A stretch of DNA of 64,000 nt from an uncultured bacterium (lineage in GTDB: Bacteria > Acidobacteriota > HRBIN11 > JAKEFK01): positions 65,881 to 129,880 of the forward strand of contig CAWJJO010000017.1 of NCBI GenBank assembly GCA_963843285.1, written 5' to 3'. Position 1 is the stretch's first letter; every line of letters begins with the position of its first letter. The translations under genes and the position numbers were made by a program. Below, in pieces: positions 59,284 to 64,000 of the stretch. The notes under the pieces are model-generated. The model did not search any database, was not told where the DNA came from, and saw nothing but the letters and a program-made list of their open reading frames with translations.

Positions 59284-59299
59284 TGGAATAAAATTTGCA
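59284..59299 (+). promoter_or_regulatory. Sigma54-like -24/-12 element
   Basis: TGGAATAAAATTTGCA has GG and GC in the canonical spacing (TGGCAC-N5-TTGCA) and a perfect TTGCA. It lies 47 nt upstream of the ATG at 59346. A second, weaker candidate TGGCAGCGTTTCAGC is at 59267..59281. No enhancer-binding protein gene is nearby. Confidence 0.25.
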
Positions 59300-59345
59300 G
59301 CGATTTATATTAAGGATATCTGCTGTTTGCAGGTGAGGAGGTGCA

Positions 59346-60827
59346 ATGTTGAGGAAATCTGCTTTCCTTTTTTTCCTCATTGTACTCACGTCCGGCGCAT
59401 TCGCCGAAACTCTCAAGACGTTGAGTCTGTCAAAAAAATTTGCGAAGACAGCGGGAACTCCGCGTGTCATCCGAAACGGGCAAGAGCACGAATGGCTTGT
59501 TGCGTGGCGTCAGGAAGGAGGTTCCGGCAAGATTTTTGGCCGGATCGTCGCATCGGACGGCACGCTGGGAAAACGTAAGGTGCTGGCGAAAGGAGTCAGT
59601 GCAAATGCTCAGAATCTGGATGTCTTTTACGACTCCGTTGCGTATACATACCTTCTTGTTTGGGAAGGGAAGAAGGGGCTTGAATCTCAGATATTCACCG
59701 GGGCCCTCTCCAAACAAGGACCTTCTAATGTACTAGTAGCTGGAGTTAGCAACGCGTTTCCCCGTCTTGCTTTCAATGCGACTCAGAAGCAATTTCTCCT
59801 GTTCTGGCTGGAATCGGCGAACGGTTCTCCGCACGCTGTCTTGAAGAGCATACTTCTGGATCAGACCGGAGCCCCTGCGGGGGCAGTGCAAACGCTTGTC
59901 CAGGCGGGATCCGGCAAATCCTTTGAATCCCTGAGTGTTTCCACAAACCAGAAAAACGAGAACCTCGTAGTAATCGCTCTGGAACAAAGCGCCGGTGGTT
60001 CCGAGCTGCTTGGCTTCCTGGTAAAGCCGAATGGGACGCTTCTGAAAAGCAAACCAGTCACTTTCGAACCGAACCAGGCGGGATTGTTCACTGTTGGAGA
60101 TGCCAGCTTCGCGGATAACGGCAAGGGGTTCGGGTTTTGGAGCTCGCAAACTCTAATCAAGTATCGAACCTTGAGCTCTAAAGGAAAACTGGGAAGCGAG
60201 AAAGATATTGCCGATGCAGCAGACACAAGTAGTCTGCAAACGAGCATGCTCTTTGACCAGCGAAACAACCAGTTCATTGGATGCTGGGGTCAGGGAAACA
60301 AGATTTCATCCGTTGTTCTCAATGCGAGTGGCAGTATCGAGGATGGCCCGTTTGTCGTTTCTTCGAATGACACAGCCACGGCCTCCATCAATGTCGCGAC
60401 TTCCTATGATGCGCAATTGGGAAATGCGATCGTTGTCTGGGATGACCAGCTTGGAAGCGGTTCTAGCGTCAAATATGTGGCGCGAGCTGCCCTCTTTTTT
60501 GTCGAAAGTAGTGCGACTCTTCAGGGAATTTCGATCGGCGACAACTTTTACACTTCCAGCAACGGCACGGGAAACATCAGCGTCAAAGCGGGTGACACGG
60601 TTACCTGGACCAATCAAGGCGGTATGGTTCACACGGTCACAAGCGGGAGTGAATCTTCTTCCCCGGGTTCGCTATTTGACAGCAATAACCTGTCGCCCGG
60701 TCAAACTTTCTCGTTCCGCTTTGTGACTGAAGGGTCGTTTCCTTATTTCTGCAAAGTTCACGGGAGTTCGGTAATGAACGGTACGATTACTGTTGCCGCT
60801 GCAGGTGAAGATCCTCCGCATTATTGA
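59346..60827 (+). CDS. Secreted seven-repeat (propeller-like) protein with a C-terminal type-1 copper cupredoxin domain
   Basis: GAGGAGG RBS and signal peptide MLRKSAFLFFLIVLTSGAFA. It has seven roughly 50-aa repeats centred on LVAWRQ, LLVWEG, LLFWLE, VVIALEQ, GFGFWSS, FIGCWGQ and IVVWDD. The C-terminal domain carries GDTVTWTNQGGMVHTV and YFCKVHGSSVM (C-x2-H-x4-M). Confidence 0.75.
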   Translation: MLRKSAFLFFLIVLTSGAFAETLKTLSLSKKFAKTAGTPRVIRNGQEHEWLVAWRQEGGSGKIFGRIVASDGTLGKRKVLAKGVSANAQNLDVFYDSVAYTYLLVWEGKKGLESQIFTGALSKQGPSNVLVAGVSNAFPRLAFNATQKQFLLFWLESANGSPHAVLKSILLDQTGAPAGAVQTLVQAGSGKSFESLSVSTNQKNENLVVIALEQSAGGSELLGFLVKPNGTLLKSKPVTFEPNQAGLFTVGDASFADNGKGFGFWSSQTLIKYRTLSSKGKLGSEKDIADAADTSSLQTSMLFDQRNNQFIGCWGQGNKISSVVLNASGSIEDGPFVVSSNDTATASINVATSYDAQLGNAIVVWDDQLGSGSSVKYVARAALFFVESSATLQGISIGDNFYTSSNGTGNISVKAGDTVTWTNQGGMVHTVTSGSESSSPGSLFDSNNLSPGQTFSFRFVTEGSFPYFCKVHGSSVMNGTITVAAAGEDPPHY

Positions 60828-61267
60828 TGATGCGGGCAGCCGGTCTTCTTCTTTTTGTTGTGTTGCTGTTTGGCGGATGTGCCGGAAACGGCACGGGTCT
60901 GGATGAAAACGGGAATCCGGTTGGATCGGATGGAAACGGATTGCCTCTTGCTCCGACATTTTCCAGTATTCAGGACCACGTTTTCAGCGCAATCTGTATC
61001 GAATGCCACACCGGCGTATCCGCTCCGCAGGGACTTCAGTTAGATGCGTCCGTTTCTTACGATCATCTGGTAAATGTACGATCTGTCGAGCATCCTGAGC
61101 TGTTTCGTGTTTCGCCGGGAGATCCGGACAATTCCTATTTGATCCGGAAGCTAGAAGGAGGCCCCGACATTGCAGGAGCGCGAATGCCTCTGAATCGCCC
61201 TCCGCTTTCGAGAGAAACAATCAACGCAATCCGGCTGTGGATCGCGATGGGAGCACAGCGCAATTGA
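60827..61267 (+). CDS. Monohaem c-type cytochrome lipoprotein (PSCyt1-like domain)
   Basis: The start overlaps the previous stop (TTGATGATG). Lipobox LLFGGC and CxxCH motif CIECH. GLQLD...VSPGDPDNSYLIRKL...RMP resembles the planctomycete-type cytochrome c domain. Confidence 0.7.
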   Translation: MMRAAGLLLFVVLLFGGCAGNGTGLDENGNPVGSDGNGLPLAPTFSSIQDHVFSAICIECHTGVSAPQGLQLDASVSYDHLVNVRSVEHPELFRVSPGDPDNSYLIRKLEGGPDIAGARMPLNRPPLSRETINAIRLWIAMGAQRN

Positions 61268-61277
61268 AGGATGAGGG

Positions 61278-61298
61278 CGGAAGGATGAAGGATGAAGG
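61278..61298. repeat. GGATGAA heptamer repeat, copy 2, containing the original start codon of the interrupted downstream gene
   Basis: CGGAAGGATGAAGGATGAAGG is identical to the reverse complement of the 45453..45477 region. The ATG at 61285..61287 is in frame with 62610 onward once the IS and one AGG copy are removed. Confidence 0.7.
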
Positions 61299-61368
61299 TG
61301 TGTTGTCCTGGAATAGGTTGACAGATTTCGGGTGGATGGAGTCAACCAGGGTAAAAGGAGTGGTGGAG

Positions 61369-61764
61369 ATGCCAGGACAGTATATAAGCTATCGTTATAG
61401 CTTAGCATTCAAGCAAAAAGTAGTATCTGAAATTGAATCCGGTAAGTTTTCTATCGGAGAAGCACGTCGGATTTATGATATTAACGGCAGCGAGACGATC
61501 CAGAAATGGTTAAAAAGGGTTGGAAAGCAGCATTTACTAGATAAGGTGGTTCGAATTGAAATGAAGGACGAAAGAGATAAATTAAGGGAGCTTGAAAAGC
61601 AGAAAAATGAGCTGGAGTCGGCTTTAGCGCAGGAGCATTTAAAGAATCTTTCTCTGGAAGCGCTCATCGAATCGATCGAAGAGCATTATGGAATAGATGT
61701 AAAAAAAAATTTTGGCGGCAAAGCGTCCCCAAAGTTTATTTACAAGCCCAGGAACAAGGGTTGA
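61369..61764 (+). CDS. IS3 transposase OrfA (HTH plus leucine zipper)
   Basis: ATG at 61369. FSIGEARRIYDINGSETIQKWLKR (HTH) and LRELEKQKNELESALAQEHLKNL (coiled coil). Confidence 0.9.
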   Translation: MPGQYISYRYSLAFKQKVVSEIESGKFSIGEARRIYDINGSETIQKWLKRVGKQHLLDKVVRIEMKDERDKLRELEKQKNELESALAQEHLKNLSLEALIESIEEHYGIDVKKNFGGKASPKFIYKPRNKG

Positions 61765-62570
61765 GATACTCAAAGGGTCGAATTTGTGGAGTGTTCGGAT
61801 TGACACGCCAAGCCTTTTATAAAGCTCAGAAATCACGTAGGGAAAGATTTTTAAAAGAAGACAGAGTTGTCAGTGAGACCAGGAGAATCCGGCGAAGCCA
61901 ACCGAGAGTCGGAGGAAAAAAGCTTTATAGAATGCTTCGCCAAATTGGAATTCAGATAGGCCGCGATCAGCTATTTCAGATTCTGCGAAATAACATGTTA
62001 CTGATCAGGCGGAGGAAGAGTTTCATAAAAACCACAAATTCCTATCATCGGTTCAGAAAATACCGCAACCTGATTAAGGATTTAACGGTGACCAGACCAA
62101 ACGAGGTTTTTGTCTCCGACATTACGTATTTGGACACGGTTGATGGGTTTTGCTATCTTGCTCTGATTACGGATCTTTATTCCCGCAAAATAGTCGGCTG
62201 GAATGTCAGCAAAAGCCTGTCGGTGGAAGGATGCCAAAAAGCTTTAAAGATGGCACTGAAAGACACGGAACATACTTCGGGTCTCATTCATCATTCGGAT
62301 CGCGGACACCAGTACTGCAATCCTCGATATACAGAGATTTTGCAAAAATATGGGATTCAAATTAGCATGACCGAAGAAAACCATGTCTACGAAAATGCGG
62401 TTGCTGAGCGAGTCAATGGAATATTGAAAGACGAGTTCCTCTTGGGAACAAGACTTCCTTCCTTCGACAATGCGAACCAACTGGCCGCAAATTCAATAAA
62501 AACGTACAACAATCAACGCTTACACCTGAGTTTGGACTACAAAACACCGGCCGAATGTTATGCAGTTTGA
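61761..62570 (+). CDS. IS3 transposase OrfB (DDE catalytic domain), expressed as OrfAB by a -1 frameshift
   Basis: DDE residues are in VSDITYLDT, IHHSDRGHQY and ENAVAERVNGILK. The -1 frame is open from the A9 run (61701..61709) through 61761, so A-AAA-AAA slippage would give ...DVKKKFWRQSVPKVYLQAQEQGLRYSKGR.... Confidence 0.9.
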   Translation: MRYSKGRICGVFGLTRQAFYKAQKSRRERFLKEDRVVSETRRIRRSQPRVGGKKLYRMLRQIGIQIGRDQLFQILRNNMLLIRRRKSFIKTTNSYHRFRKYRNLIKDLTVTRPNEVFVSDITYLDTVDGFCYLALITDLYSRKIVGWNVSKSLSVEGCQKALKMALKDTEHTSGLIHHSDRGHQYCNPRYTEILQKYGIQISMTEENHVYENAVAERVNGILKDEFLLGTRLPSFDNANQLAANSIKTYNNQRLHLSLDYKTPAECYAV

Positions 62571-63705
62571 AGTCAAAGAAGTGTCAACTTTTTTTAGGAC
62601 GACACAAGGCGGACGCGCACGTCGCGCGCTTACTCTGGCTGCTGTAATTCTGGTAAGCGTCGTTTCACTTTCACAGGCGGAATCGTATTTGGCGATTCGG
62701 GAAGGGTTGAGCTGCGGAAGCTGTCACGTGAATCGAACCGGCGGAGGACAGAGAACCCGCATGGGCGCAGGATACGGCGCAGACGAGATGCCGTGGAAGC
62801 CGATCGATCTGATAGCGAAGAAAATTCCCTTCTTCCTGTCCTTTCACGATGATTTGATCGCCATTGGAGGTGATTTCCGTTTCGAAAATCTAAGCACGTT
62901 TGTTCAAGATCACGCCTCCAACACATTTCAAACTGATAAATCCGATCTCTATCTCCGCATCAATCTGATTCCGGATCACCTGACCTTCTACCTGGATGAG
63001 AGTGTCGCGCCCGGCGGGGCTCAGTCGCGTGAAATATTCGGCATGCTTCAGGGATTGCCCGGCAGGGGTTGGCTGAAGGCGGGAGAGTTTGTGCTTCCTT
63101 ATGGAATCCGTTTGGAAGATGATCGAGCATTCATTCGTGAAGTTACGGGATTCAACTTCAACAACGCAGACCAGGGCGTGGAAATCGGCTTTGCGCCCGG
63201 CGCCTGGAACTTTGCTGCATCTGTGACGAATGGGACCCCTGGAAGTTCGGACGACAATGCCGGTAAGCTGATGGCAGGGTCTGTCTACTACTTAAACAGT
63301 AGATTCCGGATCGGAATTTCCGGATCGCATAATCCGGCGAATTCCGGCGATCGAAACAGCGGCGCGCTCTGGGCAGGGCTGAGATTGGGGCCGGCGGTTC
63401 TGCAAGGGGAAATCGATACGGTTCAGGACGACTCGGTTCCTGGACAATCCCGCGATCAATTGATTACCTATGCAGAGCTGGACTATTTGATTGCGCGCGG
63501 CTGGAATATCAAAGCGGCATATGAGTATTTTGATCCGAGCCGTGACATCGATGAGAACGAACGGGATCGAGTTCTGATCGGCATCGAGCCGGTACTTTGT
63601 TCTTTTCTACAATTGCAGATTTTTTATCGATTCAATCAAAGCATTCCCCAGAACAAACTCCAAAATGCAGACGATCTGACTGTCCGGCTGCACATCTACT
63701 TCTGA
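62560..63705 (+). CDS. Fused monohaem cytochrome / outer-membrane beta-barrel (Cyc2-like architecture), 5-prime end replaced by IS-derived codons
   Basis: Native sequence starts at 62607. The signal peptide RRALTLAAVILVSVVSLSQA is followed by LSCGSCH (CxxCH). After that come about 330 aa of alternating amphipathic strands ending in VRLHIYF (terminal Phe). The first 16 codons of the track ORF (MQFEVKEVSTFFRTTQ) come from the IS right end. Confidence 0.6.
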   Translation: MQFEVKEVSTFFRTTQGGRARRALTLAAVILVSVVSLSQAESYLAIREGLSCGSCHVNRTGGGQRTRMGAGYGADEMPWKPIDLIAKKIPFFLSFHDDLIAIGGDFRFENLSTFVQDHASNTFQTDKSDLYLRINLIPDHLTFYLDESVAPGGAQSREIFGMLQGLPGRGWLKAGEFVLPYGIRLEDDRAFIREVTGFNFNNADQGVEIGFAPGAWNFAASVTNGTPGSSDDNAGKLMAGSVYYLNSRFRIGISGSHNPANSGDRNSGALWAGLRLGPAVLQGEIDTVQDDSVPGQSRDQLITYAELDYLIARGWNIKAAYEYFDPSRDIDENERDRVLIGIEPVLCSFLQLQIFYRFNQSIPQNKLQNADDLTVRLHIYF

Positions 63706-63860
63706 TTCTGTTCCAATGAGGCGCCCGGATTTCATTGGTTGATATTGAGGCAGCGTTCTCCAGACAGCCTGATCCTCTGTCTCTGTTCCCATTTAGAATG
63801 GATCATGTCGCGCCCAATCAGCAACAAGCAAAGTATCGCTACGCGACATAGAATTCACCT

Positions 63861-64000
63861 ATGACTTTTCAGGATCATTTTTCATCCAGGGCGGATTCCT
63901 ATGCGCGATTTCGTCCACATTATCCTGATGCGCTGTTTCAATACCTTTCATCGATAGTGGAGAATCCGGATCTGGCATGGGACTGCGCAACGGGAAACGG
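63861..64000 (+). CDS. Class I SAM-dependent methyltransferase, N-terminal part (runs off the right edge)
   Basis: MTFQDHFSSRADSYARFRPHYPDALFQYLSSIVENPDLAWDCATGNG is a typical start of Methyltransf_11-type proteins (F-x-x-x-A-x-x-Y-x-x-x-RP-x-YP ... D-x-x-x-GNG). Confidence 0.6.
   Translation, partial: MTFQDHFSSRADSYARFRPHYPDALFQYLSSIVENPDLAWDCATGN

Larger units (their letters stand above)
61299..62606 (+). mobile_element. IS3-family insertion sequence (1308 bp)
   Basis: IRL is TGTGTTGTCCTGGAATAGGTTGACA (61299..61323). IRR is TGTCAACTTTTTTTAGGACGACACA (62582..62606). They match at about 19 of 25 positions and have TG...CA termini. A 3-bp direct repeat AGG flanks both ends (61296..61298 and 62607..62609). 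The element is built as orfA/orfB with an A9 slippery run. Confidence 0.9.

Noticed and set aside
63805-63849. 8-bp inverted repeat ATGTCGCG...CGCGACAT with a 29-nt loop upstream of the last gene.
   Set aside because: The loop is too long for a stable hairpin, there is no U-tract, and it is a single occurrence. That is not enough evidence for a terminator or operator.
1-64000. Looked for CRISPR arrays, tRNA/rRNA genes and long non-coding gaps.
   Set aside because: No regularly spaced direct repeats were seen. No spacer is longer than about 200 nt, and none of the spacers showed cloverleaf-like or rRNA-like sequence by eye. A tRNAscan or Infernal run would be needed to be certain.

Overview
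This is a densely coding 64-kb chromosomal segment with about 55 protein genes on both strands. By eye I found no rRNA, tRNA or CRISPR array. Several families suggest an Acidobacteria-like soil bacterium, but that is inference, not a search result. They are an ADOP-type duplicated FtsX permease, a VWFA-related secreted protein, Ser/Thr kinases with propeller or TPR tails, DUF2911, and many GC-rich REP-like hairpins.

Recognisable content:
- A sufR-like regulator next to sufBCDSU plus a thioredoxin-like gene.
- glnS, msrA, osmC, DJ-1/PfpI, a RidA plus threonine dehydratase pair, and AMP nucleosidase.
- An M14 peptidase, a roughly 1980-aa thioester alpha-2-macroglobulin, and a B12-binding radical SAM protein.
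- An MsbA-like ABC exporter, GT-C type membrane glycosyltransferases and an MFS transporter.
- One IS3-family insertion sequence.

Observations most worth a second look:
1. An AraC-adjacent operon at 59.3-63.7 kb encodes a propeller-cupredoxin fusion, a monohaem lipoprotein, and a fused CxxCH cytochrome / outer-membrane beta-barrel. That last architecture resembles Cyc2. Together they look like a candidate extracellular electron-transfer or iron-oxidation module.
2. The barrel gene is split at codon 5 by the IS3 element, which shows inverted repeats, an AGG target duplication, and an in-frame chimeric start.
3. A NadD-like adenylyltransferase appears fused to NAD kinase but reads through three frames.
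4. Two tandem, divergent secreted paralogues have upstream leaders conserved far better than their coding DNA.
5. Three families of short dispersed repeats sit in intergenic spacers or at gene ends.

All functional calls come from motif recognition by eye. No database search was run.
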